Origin: an uncultured Verrucomicrobiae bacterium
GTDB lineage: Bacteria > Verrucomicrobiota > Verrucomicrobiia > Chthoniobacterales > JAFAMB01
Reading direction: 5' to 3'
Length of the DNA stretch: 64,000 bases
Assembly (NCBI GenBank): GCA_963837955.1
Contig: CAWIPH010000002.1
Location: 1,952,001-2,016,000, forward strand
Positions within the stretch are counted from its first letter, which is position 1, and every line of letters starts with the position of its first letter. Positions 1 through 10,282 of this stretch are shown in pieces. The notes below the pieces were generated by a model. It was not told where the DNA came from. It saw only the letters and a list, made by a program, of their open reading frames with translations, and made no database searches. The translations under genes and the position numbers were made by a program.

Positions 1-417
1 GATATAAGGCAAAACGATAAATCCTTCCCGCACCAGCTGCTCGGCCGCACGCAACGTTTCGATCGGGTCAGGCAGCAAATAGTGGGGATCGGGATGGATC
101 TCTAGCTTTACCCACTTGGGAAGGCCGGCAGAAGCAGCTAATCGGGCCAGCCGAACCGCTTCCTCCGCGTTCATAGCACCGGAAGTGTTGGGCAAGAGGA
201 GGAATTGTTGGGGGTCGATAAAGTCCAAGATATTGGCATAAGGATCATGGTTTCCCGAGAGATCGGCTCGCCTCAACGCCACCGTAACAATTTCGGTACC
301 GCTTGCATGTAGTGCGTCCCGCATGACGGTATTGCTAGAAAATTTGCCCGTACCCACCAGCAACCGCGAGCGAAATTCCCGGTTGGCGATGACGAGAGGA
401 GAAGAGAACTGGATCAT
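1..417 (-). CDS. thiG: Thiazole synthase, 5' part (runs off window start)
   Basis: Manual translation from ATG at 417: [26 protein letters not shown]...EIVTVALRR...[21 protein letters not shown]...[38 protein letters not shown], all ThiG motifs. Not in the ORF track because there is no stop in the window. Confidence 0.95.
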   Translation of the reverse strand, partial: MIQFSSPLVIANREFRSRLLVGTGKFSSNTVMRDALHASGTEIVTVALRRADLSGNHDPYANILDFIDPQQFLLLPNTSGAMNAEEAVRLARLAASAGLPKWVKLEIHPDPHYLLPDPIETLRAAEQLVREGFIVLPYI

Positions 418-483
418 TGGCGAGTAGACTGCATCATTAGTACTGCCGATAATTAAGCGAGTGATCACTTGAACGGCAAGTGA

Positions 484-1071
484 TTGATTCCTAAGCTGGA
501 GAACGTGAGACCGTCCGATACTTCCCATCGATTCAATCTGGCTGGTAAGTTATTGCTTTCCCATCCGGCGCTCCGCGATCCGAGCTTTCGCCGCACCATC
601 GTGTTCTTGCCTAATCACGACGTAGAGGCGGGAGCATTCGGATTGATAATGAATCGTCCGACCCGCGAAGTGCTAGCCGATTTCTTGGTGGAACCACCCG
701 CTTCAACCGCGCTCTCAGAAGTACCAGTTTATACGGGCGGTCCTGTCGGAACGGACGAATTGACGCTGGCGGCGTTTTCTTTTTCCGCGAGCACCGGTGC
801 TGTTAGTTGCCAAACTCACCTTTCGCTGGATGAGGCGGAAGCAATAAAAAACGAAAGCGGATCGATCGTGCGGGCTTTTCGGGGATACGCCGGCTGGAGC
901 TCCGGCCAACTCGAAGGCGAAATTCATCAACACGCCTGGTTGGTCAAAGAGCCAGAAGCGAAACTGATCGTCGGCGAGCTAAATGAGCAGACGTGGGTGG
1001 GTCTGGTGAGTTCGTTGGGTCCGGCCTACCGTTTGCTTGCGCTCGCCCCCGACGACCCCTCGCTCAACTGA
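484..1071 (+). CDS. YqgE/AlgH family protein (UPF0301)
   Basis: [29 protein letters not shown] and [16 protein letters not shown] motifs. Start codon uncertain. Confidence 0.9.
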   Translation: MIPKLENVRPSDTSHRFNLAGKLLLSHPALRDPSFRRTIVFLPNHDVEAGAFGLIMNRPTREVLADFLVEPPASTALSEVPVYTGGPVGTDELTLAAFSFSASTGAVSCQTHLSLDEAEAIKNESGSIVRAFRGYAGWSSGQLEGEIHQHAWLVKEPEAKLIVGELNEQTWVGLVSSLGPAYRLLALAPDDPSLN

Positions 1072-1135
1072 TAGCAGATAGCAGATAGCCGATGGCCGAT
1101 AGTCCCGCGTGCTCGCGCGATCGTGACGCGCAAGC

Positions 1136-2149
1136 TCAAAACCCGCGAAGCGCTATTTTCCCGATTGTTTTACCGGATTCCAGGTGGGCGTGAGCTTTGC
1201 GCAGATTTTCTGCGGTAATTCTGCCTAGGGTATCGGTCAAAGTGGTTCGCAACTTACCGGAATCGACCAGCTTGCTGACTTCATCCAAGAGTTGGCCTTG
1301 CATTCCCATGGTCGGAGTTTCGAACATGGCTTTGGTAAACATGAACTCCCAGACAAATGTGGCGCTCTTGCTCTTTAAGACGTTGAGGTCTAACGGGTGC
1401 TCGTTCTCAACAATCGAAACGATTTTGCCTTCCGGACGGATCACCTCAGCCATCGCATCCCAATACGAATCGGTGTTCACGAAATTTGCGATGAAATCTA
1501 CGGTCTCATCCCCGAGTTTGCGGAGACTCGCCGGTAACGGTTGTCGATGATCTATCACGTGATCGGCCCCGAGCTTTTCGACCCAGGCTCGGGATTCCGG
1601 GCGGCTGGCGGTGGTTATTACTTTCAACCCCGCTAGCTTGGCCAGCTGAATCCCAATCGAACCGACTCCGCCAGCCCCGCCTAGGATCAGGAGCGTCTCG
1701 CCGGCATTCTTGCCATGACGATCGATCGCGAGGCGTTCAAAAAAGGCTTCCCACGCAGTAATCGTGGTCAGGGGGAGAGCGGCTGCTTCCGCAAAGTCGA
1801 GACTGGTTGGCTTATGGCCGACGATTCTTTCGTCAACGACGTGGAATTCGCTATTACTACCCGGGCGAACAATCGATCCCGCATAATAAACTTCATCGCC
1901 CGGTCGAAAACGGATCACGTCGGACCCGACCGTTTCAACCACCCCGGCGGCATCCCAGCCCAAGACCTTCGGCCTGGGTTCTATCTTGTTTTTCGGTGCC
2001 CGGACTTTGGTGTCTACTGGGTTTACCGAAACTGCTTCGACTCGGATAAGCAAGTCGCGTGGTTGAGGACTAGGTTTAGGCAATTCGACATCCAGCAACG
2101 AGTCGGGGTCAGTGATTGGGAGATAACGCGTCAGTGCGATTGCTTTCAT
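1136..2149 (-). CDS. Zinc-binding alcohol dehydrogenase family / quinone oxidoreductase-like (MDR) protein
   Basis: AVSVNPVDTKVR, LGWDAAGVV, AAALPLTTITAWE and GGAGGVGS motifs. Confidence 0.9.
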   Translation of the reverse strand: MKAIALTRYLPITDPDSLLDVELPKPSPQPRDLLIRVEAVSVNPVDTKVRAPKNKIEPRPKVLGWDAAGVVETVGSDVIRFRPGDEVYYAGSIVRPGSNSEFHVVDERIVGHKPTSLDFAEAAALPLTTITAWEAFFERLAIDRHGKNAGETLLILGGAGGVGSIGIQLAKLAGLKVITTASRPESRAWVEKLGADHVIDHRQPLPASLRKLGDETVDFIANFVNTDSYWDAMAEVIRPEGKIVSIVENEHPLDLNVLKSKSATFVWEFMFTKAMFETPTMGMQGQLLDEVSKLVDSGKLRTTLTDTLGRITAENLRKAHAHLESGKTIGKIALRGF

Positions 2150-2230
2150 GTTTCAGAAATTGTTCTTCCAGCCTGAGACCTGCAACAGTTAATCGGTTGC
2201 TGGACCCGGCGTCAGGAGATATATGGCGAC

Positions 2231-3328
2231 ATGAAAATAGGTGTTCCGAAGGAGATCAAAGAACAAGAGCACCGAGTCGCGCTGCTGCCCTCCGTCGTCT
2301 ATCAGCTCAACCGCATGGGCCATGAAGTTTTTGTCGAGTCCAATGCGGGCGCTGGTTCCGGTTTTCCTGACGAAGAGTATGCTCAGGCGGGCGCCAAGAT
2401 TTTGAATGATCACGATGCCGTTTTCGCGCAGGGAGATCTCATCGTGAAAGTCAAAGAACCGTTGCCGTCGGAATATCCATTGTTGCGGCCGGACCAAATT
2501 CTTTTCACCTATTTGCATTTAGCGGCCAACAAGGAACTGACAATGGCGCTGATAGAATCGGGAGTGACGGCGATTGCTTACGAAACTGTCGAAGTAAACC
2601 GAAGGTTGCCGTTACTGGAGCCGATGAGCGAAATCGCTGGACGCATGTCGATTATCGTCGGCGGATTTTTCCTGACCAAACATAGCGGCGGCAAGGGCGT
2701 TCTTTTGGGCGGTGTTCCGGGCGTGCTACCGGGGAATGTCATAGTCATTGGTGGTGGAACATCAGGGGTGAACGCAGCGCGCATGGCTACTGGCCTTGGC
2801 GCAGATGTGACGATTCTCGAAGTGGATGTTGAACGGATGCGTTTTCTGGATATCACGATGCACACTCACACGCTCTACTCGAGCCAGGCGCATTTGCTGG
2901 AAATCTTGCCGCGGACCGATCTTTTGATTGGCGCTGTGTTGGTGCCTGGAGCTCGCGCGCCTCGATTGATCTCGCGCGAGATGCTACGGTCCATGAAACC
3001 TGGAAGCGTTTTGGTCGATATCGCGATTGATCAAGGCGGTTGCTCGGAGACTTCTCGTCCGACGACTCATGATGCGCCGACATACGTGGAAGAGGGGATC
3101 ATTCATTATTGTGTCGCCAATATGCCCGGCGCTTACGCCCGGACGGCGACGCAAGCTCTGACCAATGTAACGGCGCGGTATGTTGAATTTCTGGCCGAAG
3201 GGGGATTGGATGGAACTCTCAAGAAATACCCCGCGTTGGCGGGCGGGATCAATGTGATGCACGGAAAAATCAGAAACAAGGCGGTCGCCGAAGCACATCA
3301 ACTGCCGTACGTGCCTCTCGAATTTTGA
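2231..3328 (+). CDS. ald: Alanine dehydrogenase
   Basis: MKIGVPKEIK..E.RV, KVKEP, LFTYLHLAA, LPLLEPMSEIAGR, DIAIDQGGC and HYCVANMPGA motifs. AGGAG RBS upstream. Confidence 0.96.
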   Translation: MKIGVPKEIKEQEHRVALLPSVVYQLNRMGHEVFVESNAGAGSGFPDEEYAQAGAKILNDHDAVFAQGDLIVKVKEPLPSEYPLLRPDQILFTYLHLAANKELTMALIESGVTAIAYETVEVNRRLPLLEPMSEIAGRMSIIVGGFFLTKHSGGKGVLLGGVPGVLPGNVIVIGGGTSGVNAARMATGLGADVTILEVDVERMRFLDITMHTHTLYSSQAHLLEILPRTDLLIGAVLVPGARAPRLISREMLRSMKPGSVLVDIAIDQGGCSETSRPTTHDAPTYVEEGIIHYCVANMPGAYARTATQALTNVTARYVEFLAEGGLDGTLKKYPALAGGINVMHGKIRNKAVAEAHQLPYVPLEF

Positions 3329-3429
3329 CGTCGGCAGCGTAGCCTGATGCTTCCTCCTTCGTTCCCCCCAAAACCCAAAACTACGGCGGACAAGCCAGCC
3401 TCAGGGAGCATGTTGGTGATTAGGGATCG

Positions 3430-3485
3430 GTAAGCAGTAAGCAGTAAGCAGTAAGCAGTAAGCAGTAAGGAGTAAGCAGGGAGCA
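3430..3485 (+). repeat. Heptamer tandem repeat (GTAAGCA)n, about 8 units
   Basis: Five perfect GTAAGCA units at 3430-3464, then GTAAGGA, GTAAGCA, GGGAGCA. Confidence 0.9.
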
Positions 3486-3486
3486 G

Positions 3487-4804
3487 TCAGAACATCGGTA
3501 ACACTTCTGGTTCAGAACATGGGTAACACTGGGTTAGGTTTTAGATTACGATTTTTCTTTGTTTTGACCAGCTTGTTGGGGAGGGATATCCGCCCTTAAG
3601 AAGCTAAGGGTGTTTTGATCGATGTGGCCCAGCAGTAATCGAACAAACCAGACTTCGATGAACTGTCCTGGGGTGCCTTTGAGTCCCACCGACCATCCGG
3701 CCAAGCTCCGACTCAGAAAGAGCTTTTGGTTTTGCCAGCTGATCAGGCCGTGCTTGTCGACTTGGCGCTGGGCCATGCCCGGATAGACCAGCTCTTGTGG
3801 GGTACCTTGAAAACTGCGACTGGAATTTTGGTAGATTTCCCCAGGAAAACGCATCTGCAGGGCCTCATGGGGCCGCTGGTAATTAAACTCCTGGCGCCAT
3901 AGATCGAGCCCCTGTTGGCTCTCTTCTCCCAGCCCTTCGAGTTCCAGACTCACATCGCGGTGCAAGCGTTCATGAGCCGCGTTGTCTTGGGGACAGCCTA
4001 TTCGACCTCGTTCCAGATCGATTCCCAAGGCCACCCACCAGGCCGAGAGTCGGCTGAGGCCATGCAAGGTCTGCACACTGGCAAAGGGTGCCCCGTTATC
4101 GCTGCGAATGGCTTGGGGTAAGCCATGGCGCTCAAAGAGGCGTTCAAAACTGCACCGGACACTTTGGCTGCGCGCATTGTCCATGGCCCGTAGTTCCAAC
4201 ACATACCGGCTGTACTCATCGCGTACCGTCAAGGGCTCACAGCGGCCGGCTCTGGTCCTCCACCAGCCTTTAAAATCTACCGTCCAGACTTCGTTGACTG
4301 CCTGGGCTCTTCGGCCGCTGCTCAATCTGCCCCCTTGGGCCACGATCCGACGGCGCTTGCGCTTCTCAGTAAGCCCAGCTCGCTCCAGGACTCGCTTAAA
4401 GCTGCTTTCGCTAGCCACCTCGCCATGCTGACGCAAGTACAGCTCCCGAATCTTGCGTGGTCCCCAGCGAGGGTGAGCTACTTTCAAGCTCACGATCGCA
4501 CAGACCTCCGCTTCCCCAAGTTGGTCCGCATGGCTATGGGGCCGGCGCGATTCTTCTTCCATTCCTCCGATCCCAAAGCGTAAGAAGCGCTCCTGCCATT
4601 TATAGCCGGTCTTGGCACTGATCCCGTATTCCTGGCACAGTGCCCGAAAGTTCTCCGCCCTTAGCGCCCGCAACGCAAATTCTACTCTCTGCTCCATAGG
4701 TTCACTCTTCTTCCAGGGCATGAGCGCTTCTTTTAGCGCTCTTCCGCCCAAAAAGTGTTACCTATGTATTGAACCTATTGTGTTACCTATGTTCTGAACC
4801 TGCA
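3487..4804 (-). mobile_element. IS481-family insertion sequence (ends approximate)
   Basis: The transposase is flanked by inverted ends, each with two copies of a CAGAACATnGGTAACAC-like motif (about 3488-3529 on plus, about 4754-4800 as GTGTTACCTATGT...). The exact left terminus is unclear. Confidence 0.85.
3546..4721 (-). CDS. IS481-family transposase (HTH + rve/DDE domain)
   Basis: MPWKK..PMEQRVEF N-terminus, YGISAKTGYKW HTH, WTVDFKG, IRSDNGAPF, PQDNAAHERLHR and FNYQRPHEAL. Confidence 0.93.
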   Translation of the reverse strand: MPWKKSEPMEQRVEFALRALRAENFRALCQEYGISAKTGYKWQERFLRFGIGGMEEESRRPHSHADQLGEAEVCAIVSLKVAHPRWGPRKIRELYLRQHGEVASESSFKRVLERAGLTEKRKRRRIVAQGGRLSSGRRAQAVNEVWTVDFKGWWRTRAGRCEPLTVRDEYSRYVLELRAMDNARSQSVRCSFERLFERHGLPQAIRSDNGAPFASVQTLHGLSRLSAWWVALGIDLERGRIGCPQDNAAHERLHRDVSLELEGLGEESQQGLDLWRQEFNYQRPHEALQMRFPGEIYQNSSRSFQGTPQELVYPGMAQRQVDKHGLISWQNQKLFLSRSLAGWSVGLKGTPGQFIEVWFVRLLLGHIDQNTLSFLRADIPPQQAGQNKEKS

Positions 4805-4917
4805 CCGCAGTAAGGAGGGCACAGGGCGCAGTCACCGTAACACTTTAGGGCGCTCTAGCCCTGGGTTCCTGAGCCAGGAGGATCAGGCTACCCTCTTTAA
4901 GCTACGGCGGGATCAGG

Positions 4918-6519
4918 CTACGCTCCGGACACCCGGACCACTTTGGCGCTTTTGATGGCCCGATTGGAAAGAAGCGCCTGGAGAATTTCTTCGGACGGAG
5001 CCGAGTCGAGGTTTAGGACCGTGAGAGCTCTGCCGCCGAGCTTGTCTCGGCTAAGTGACATATCCGCGATATTGACCTGATGCTCCCCGAGAACAGTCCC
5101 GACTTGTCCAACGATGCCTGGTACATCGTCATTCTCTAAGACCAGCAGCACGCCGACCAGTAGAGCTTCGACATAGCGGTCATTGATCCGTACGATGCGA
5201 CCCGAGGAGCCGACAAACGTACCGGCTACGGAGGATTCTTCATCGCCCGAGTACGCGCGTAGTTCAACCAGATCGTTGAATTCACCGGTCGCGCTCTCCC
5301 TGGTTTCGACGATCTTCAGGCCCAGGCCTTGAGCGAGCGCGGTGACATTCACTTGATTGACTTCCTGACCTCCAACCTCTTCCAAGAAACCCTTCAACAC
5401 GTAGCGGGAGATCGGCGACGTTTCGCTTTGATTGACCTTTCCACTATAATTGATGTGTAACTTATCGCAGCGGCGAGCGCTGACTTGGCGGAGGAAGCGG
5501 CCAAGCTTCTCACCCAGATCTAGATAGGGGCCAATAATGGCCAAGGTCTTAGCGTCCAGATTTGGGACGTTGACCGCGTTACGGATGACCCCTTCAATGA
5601 GAACGGAGCGAATGGCTTCAGCAATTTCGATCCCTACGCTTTCCTGCGCTTCCAGCGTGGAAGCTCCTAAGTGTGGAGTGAAAACGACGTTGGGGAGCTG
5701 GCGAAGAGGGAGGTTAGCCGGCGGAGGTTCGACTTCGAAAACGTCAAGAGCAGCGGCAGCGATATGACCAGACTGTAGCGCCTCGTATAGAGCAGTTTCG
5801 TCGATCAATCCTCCCCGCGCACAGTTCACCACCCGGGCCCCTTTCTTCATTCGAGCTATCCGGTCGCGATCGAGAAGGTGCTTCGTCTCGCTGGTCATCG
5901 GCATATGCAAGGTGACGAAATCTGCTCGGGTTAGCACTTCATTCAGATCATCAAATAACTCCACCTGCAGCGATCGCGCTCTGGAAGGAGAGAGATAGGG
6001 ATCGTACGCGATCGGGCGCATACCGAACGCGATTGCTCGGCGGGCGATTTCCGTTCCAATCCGACCCATGCCGAGAATGCCTAGCGTTTTTCCGTTCAGT
6101 TCAACGCCTTCGAAGTTTTTTCGGTCCCACTTCCCGGCTTTCACGCTGGCATCGGCTTGTGGAATGTTCCGGGCGATGGAGACTAGCAAAGAAAACGCGT
6201 GTTCTGCTGTGGAGACGGTGTTTCCTCCGGGCGTATTCATAACGATAATGCCTCGCCGCGTCGCAGCTTCGACATCGACGTTATCGACACCCACTCCAGC
6301 TCGGCCGATCACTTTGAGTGCACGCGCAGCATCGATGACTTTCGCCGTCACCTTGGTCTGCGAGCGGACCACCAAGGCTGCATATTCCGGAATTATCTCG
6401 ATAAGTTCGGGCTCTTTTAAGCCGGTCCGTACATCAACGATAAGATCGTTGCTCGTGGCTAGCGCCTCGACTCCTCGAGGCGAAATTGCATCAGCGACTA
6501 ATACCTTTTTGTTACCCAT
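4918..6519 (-). CDS. serA: D-3-phosphoglycerate dehydrogenase (long form with ASB/ACT domains)
   Basis: GRAGVGVDNVD, NTVSTAEH, GMGRIG, NCARGGLIDE, TPHLGAST and C-terminal ACT (DVPGIVGQVG...NIADM). Confidence 0.95.
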   Translation of the reverse strand: MGNKKVLVADAISPRGVEALATSNDLIVDVRTGLKEPELIEIIPEYAALVVRSQTKVTAKVIDAARALKVIGRAGVGVDNVDVEAATRRGIIVMNTPGGNTVSTAEHAFSLLVSIARNIPQADASVKAGKWDRKNFEGVELNGKTLGILGMGRIGTEIARRAIAFGMRPIAYDPYLSPSRARSLQVELFDDLNEVLTRADFVTLHMPMTSETKHLLDRDRIARMKKGARVVNCARGGLIDETALYEALQSGHIAAAALDVFEVEPPPANLPLRQLPNVVFTPHLGASTLEAQESVGIEIAEAIRSVLIEGVIRNAVNVPNLDAKTLAIIGPYLDLGEKLGRFLRQVSARRCDKLHINYSGKVNQSETSPISRYVLKGFLEEVGGQEVNQVNVTALAQGLGLKIVETRESATGEFNDLVELRAYSGDEESSVAGTFVGSSGRIVRINDRYVEALLVGVLLVLENDDVPGIVGQVGTVLGEHQVNIADMSLSRDKLGGRALTVLNLDSAPSEEILQALLSNRAIKSAKVVRVSGA

Positions 6520-8551
6520 GGTTGAGCTTAGTCAGAATCTCTCTGAGTAACTCGATGCCAGGGAGGGAACTGAAACCGGAAGCTAAAGTAGCAAAGGCCG
6601 GTTCAAAGGCTGATCTCGGTGCGGTGTGCAGTTCAGTCAGAACCGCCTCATCTTCTGGGGCCACCGCACTAGCTAGCTTCTTGGCGTAAACGGACAGAGC
6701 CAGCAGCGGCCAATTATTCCGATACATATCGTACTTGAGATAAAACACGCGCGGGAAACCGGTTCCGGTGATCAACTGTTCGTCCCATGATCCATCGACG
6801 TTCTGATGGGTTAGCAAGTAATCTACACCATGACGTATGCTGGCGCGATCCACCTCTGCGAAAGAAAGTAACCCCATCAAAGCCCAAGCGGTTTGGGAAG
6901 GAGTGCTCTTTCCCCGGCCGCGCAGCGCCGGATCTTCGTACGATCCGCAGCTTTCTCCCCATCCGCCGTCCGGATTTTGGTGGTTTTCAAGCCAAACCCG
7001 CCCGCGCTGGATCCACGATTCGCGCATATCTACCCCGATCGCCCTGAGCCCCTTGAGAACTTGCCATGTTCCATACACATAATTTACGCCCCAACGCCCA
7101 TACCAGGCGCCATCAAATTCCTGTCGTTTACGTAGAAAGCGGACGGCTCGCTTGACGATTGGGTGCTTTGGATTGAATCCGTAAGTGGCCAGGACTTCAA
7201 GTACTCGAGCAGTGATGTTGCAGCAAGTTGGGTCAAGAATCGCGTTGTGATCAGCAAACGGGACCTGCTCCAACAGAGGATTGGTAACGTCCTTATCGAA
7301 GGCGGCCCAGCCACCATCTTTGCATTGAAAGCTGAGCAGCCAGTTCAGACCGCGTTCGTACAAGCCTGGATCTTCCGGGACATAGCCTGCGGTCCGCAAC
7401 GCCAGCAAGACCATCGCTGTGTCATCAATGTCGGGGTTGTACGGATTGTTGAATTCGAAGCACCAGCCGGATGGTTCCGGTGCCGGGTTGCGAACTACCC
7501 AGTCTCCGGCAATACGAACCTCCTGTTGTGCCAGCCAATCCGTCGCTCTTTTGATCGGTTCTTCGGCAGCACTCAGGCCGGAGCGGGCCAGAACGAGGGT
7601 CGTGATACTTGTATCCCAGACCGGGGAAAAGCAGGGTTGAATGCGAAATCCTTTTTCGTCTTCGACAAACAGCTCCTCAAAATCTGTCTCAGCTTTTTGA
7701 TAGAGTGGGTGATCGGACGAATAGCCAAGACACCGCAACGCAATCATAGAATTGAGCATGGCCGGGAAGATCGCAGCCAGCCCGTCGTTGCCGTCGCCGA
7801 TCCGTTCAATCATCCATCGCTCGGCTTCCCGCAGAGCAAGACGTCGAAACGGGTAGAACCGACGTTTTTCGCAGAACTTCAGGATCTGGTCGACGAAGAT
7901 GAAAAGTTTCTTCAATCCAGATGCGTGTAAACGAGGCGCTTTGTCCGGCTCCAGATAAAGTTCCTTGATCCCGAGATGTTCCGGAACTTGGTGAGTGATC
8001 TTATAGTGATTGATGATGGCCAGCGGGACCACCATCGAACGCGTCCAAGATGAGACAGTGTAAAGATGGATTGGTGACCAATGTGGCACGATCAAAAATT
8101 CGACCGGGATAGTCGGTACTGCCTCCCACGGCACTTGGCCGAGCAAAGCGAGATAGAGCCGGGCATAGGTGTGGGTCTTTTCCACTCCGCCCAACGCCCG
8201 GGCGCGTTCCCGCGCCTTGACCAGCCGTGGATCATCAGGCGAAAACCCGGCTAACTTCAGGGAAAAATATGCTTTGACCGTGGCGTTGACGTCCGCCGGG
8301 CCCTCTGCGTAAATGTTCCAGCCACCGTCGGGAAGCTGGCTCTCCAAAATGTGGTCAATGCATTTCCGCTCGAGTTCGACATCGACCTCGCCCGCCCAAT
8401 GCATGAAAGCGATGTAATCGGAACAGAGCGTCGAATCGACAACCAGCTCTCCCATCCAATAGCCTTCCGCTGATTGGAGGTCGAGAAGGTGTTGCTGTGC
8501 TTTGGCGATCGCCGAATTGAGTGCGAACAAAAGATCCGAGGTGTTCACCAT
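6512..8551 (-). CDS. shc: Squalene-hopene cyclase
   Basis: Catalytic DIDDTA motif, multiple QW repeats (Q..DGGW), SPVWDT, GRWGVNY and GTGFPRVFYLKY. Confidence 0.96.
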   Translation of the reverse strand: MVNTSDLLFALNSAIAKAQQHLLDLQSAEGYWMGELVVDSTLCSDYIAFMHWAGEVDVELERKCIDHILESQLPDGGWNIYAEGPADVNATVKAYFSLKLAGFSPDDPRLVKARERARALGGVEKTHTYARLYLALLGQVPWEAVPTIPVEFLIVPHWSPIHLYTVSSWTRSMVVPLAIINHYKITHQVPEHLGIKELYLEPDKAPRLHASGLKKLFIFVDQILKFCEKRRFYPFRRLALREAERWMIERIGDGNDGLAAIFPAMLNSMIALRCLGYSSDHPLYQKAETDFEELFVEDEKGFRIQPCFSPVWDTSITTLVLARSGLSAAEEPIKRATDWLAQQEVRIAGDWVVRNPAPEPSGWCFEFNNPYNPDIDDTAMVLLALRTAGYVPEDPGLYERGLNWLLSFQCKDGGWAAFDKDVTNPLLEQVPFADHNAILDPTCCNITARVLEVLATYGFNPKHPIVKRAVRFLRKRQEFDGAWYGRWGVNYVYGTWQVLKGLRAIGVDMRESWIQRGRVWLENHQNPDGGWGESCGSYEDPALRGRGKSTPSQTAWALMGLLSFAEVDRASIRHGVDYLLTHQNVDGSWDEQLITGTGFPRVFYLKYDMYRNNWPLLALSVYAKKLASAVAPEDEAVLTELHTAPRSAFEPAFATLASGFSSLPGIELLREILTKLNHG

Positions 8552-8574
8552 TTCCGTCTTGGATTTGAATTGAC

Positions 8575-9861
8575 CTATTTCTTAATCAGTTCCGCTTTCT
8601 CGGCTGGCTTAGCAGTCTTCGCTGACACTCCATTGAAGACTTTGGTCAACTCAACATCTCCCTTCGGCCTCGGACGCGGTCCAAAATTGAAGCTGATGTT
8701 CTTCCACAGATCACCCGGCTTGCTCTGCTTACCGAGCGCGGCTGTGGGCTCATAGCCGCAATGCGTCATGCAGTTCTCACAGCGTGGATCTTTGGCCACC
8801 CCGTCCACCACTCCGTAGTTATCCCAATTTACCTTTTCCAGAAGCTCCGGATAGGAAGAATAATGGCCCTGACCATCAGTCAAGAAGTAGCAGGGCGCTT
8901 TCCAGCCCATCACGTTCCGGGTGGGAATCGCCCACGCCGAGCAGGTAAGATCACGCGCGCCAGTCAGAAAATCCCAATAAACCGGCGTACCAAGTAGTGG
9001 ATATTTTTTGCCCCAAGACTTTGCCTTAGAGAATTTTTCGATGGTACTGCGGCGAGTTAAGAAAAATGCCGCCGGATCAATACCGAGGCGATCCGCCATA
9101 TCTTTCTTCGCGGCGTCGTAGTCATAGCCTGGAGTAATCGTATGCCCATCGACGCCGAGCGTGGCAAGGAAAGCGAGCATGGTTTCGATTTCGCCCATTT
9201 CAGTCTCGCGATAAACCGTCGTATTGGTGGCGACCTGGAAACCAAGCACTTTTGCCATCCGGATCGCGAGAATGCACTCTTGGAAGACGCCTTCCCGCTC
9301 GACGATGATGTCATGCACTTTTTCCAGGCCGTCCAGGTGGACATTCCAATACATCCATCTAGATGGCGAAATGACCGATTTTTTTGGATCTTTCGGACCT
9401 TTCTTAACCTGTTCGGCTTCAGCCGGGGTCATGAGCCGCTGGTCAAGCAACTGTTGGATGAGAAGCTCGGTCTCGCTGGGGCGCTGAGAAAATTCGACAG
9501 CGAGATAGTCGCGCATTTTGCGCCTCATGAACATCGCGTTGGTGCAAATGTAGACGATCCGCTTTTGCTCGTGGAGTCCGTTTACCAGCGCTTCAATATG
9601 TGGGTAAATCAGCGGTTCACCTCCGCAGATCGAGACCATCGGCGCGTCACACTCTGTCGCTGCCGATAAGCAGTCTTCCAGAGGCATCACGTTCTTCAAA
9701 GAGGTCGAATACTCACGAATGCGTCCGCAGCCGGTGCAGGTCAAATTGCAGGTGTGTAAAGGTTCAAGTTGGAGCACGGTGGCGAACTTTCTTGTGCCCC
9801 GCAGTTTGTGCCGAATGATGTGCCCGGCGACCTTAAGAGTGAGAGCCAATGGAAACCGCAT
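8575..9861 (-). CDS. hpnH: Adenosylhopane synthase, hopanoid radical SAM protein (DUF3463 domain)
   Basis: LEPLHTCNLTCTGCGRI CxxxCxxC motif, VSICGGEP and DPRCENCMTHCGYE. Directly upstream of shc. ATG 9861 chosen as start. Confidence 0.9.
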   Translation of the reverse strand: MRFPLALTLKVAGHIIRHKLRGTRKFATVLQLEPLHTCNLTCTGCGRIREYSTSLKNVMPLEDCLSAATECDAPMVSICGGEPLIYPHIEALVNGLHEQKRIVYICTNAMFMRRKMRDYLAVEFSQRPSETELLIQQLLDQRLMTPAEAEQVKKGPKDPKKSVISPSRWMYWNVHLDGLEKVHDIIVEREGVFQECILAIRMAKVLGFQVATNTTVYRETEMGEIETMLAFLATLGVDGHTITPGYDYDAAKKDMADRLGIDPAAFFLTRRSTIEKFSKAKSWGKKYPLLGTPVYWDFLTGARDLTCSAWAIPTRNVMGWKAPCYFLTDGQGHYSSYPELLEKVNWDNYGVVDGVAKDPRCENCMTHCGYEPTAALGKQSKPGDLWKNISFNFGPRPRPKGDVELTKVFNGVSAKTAKPAEKAELIKK

Positions 9862-10282
9862 AGTAGTTAAAGCGCGGCATAGTAACAGTGACCTCCTCAC
9901 TTTCAAGGGCTAGCGCGCTCAACAAACGGAAGGAGGAAAGTCTCAAAAGCTCCATTTTCCCACTTTAGATCGCGGTCAGATCGGTCGCAAATTGGCTCAC
10001 AGAACGGATCGTTTTCTATTTATAAAAGTTGAAGTAAAGGAGGCTTTTTCCGTTGTTCACGCAATCCGTATTTCAGACGTATCATACTCTAGTACAGCGA
10101 GTTACGATATAATCAATCGCTTTAGGAACGGTGCCGGATTCGATGCGGGTTAGGTGAAAGCTGAGCCGAGTAAGTTAAAGAATATTAAATTAGTAGACAT
10201 TAGCCGATCCTGGCGATAGATTGGCCGAGTTACCCAGGTCAAAAATTTCAAAGCTGTCATCTCAAGCAGAAAGGTTTTGCCG

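Noticed and set aside
10110..10200. Possible cobalamin or SAM riboswitch upstream of the 10283 ORF
   Set aside because: Only a GGTGCC-like fragment is present; the B12 box and SAM-I core motifs were not found by eye. An Rfam/Infernal scan would settle it.
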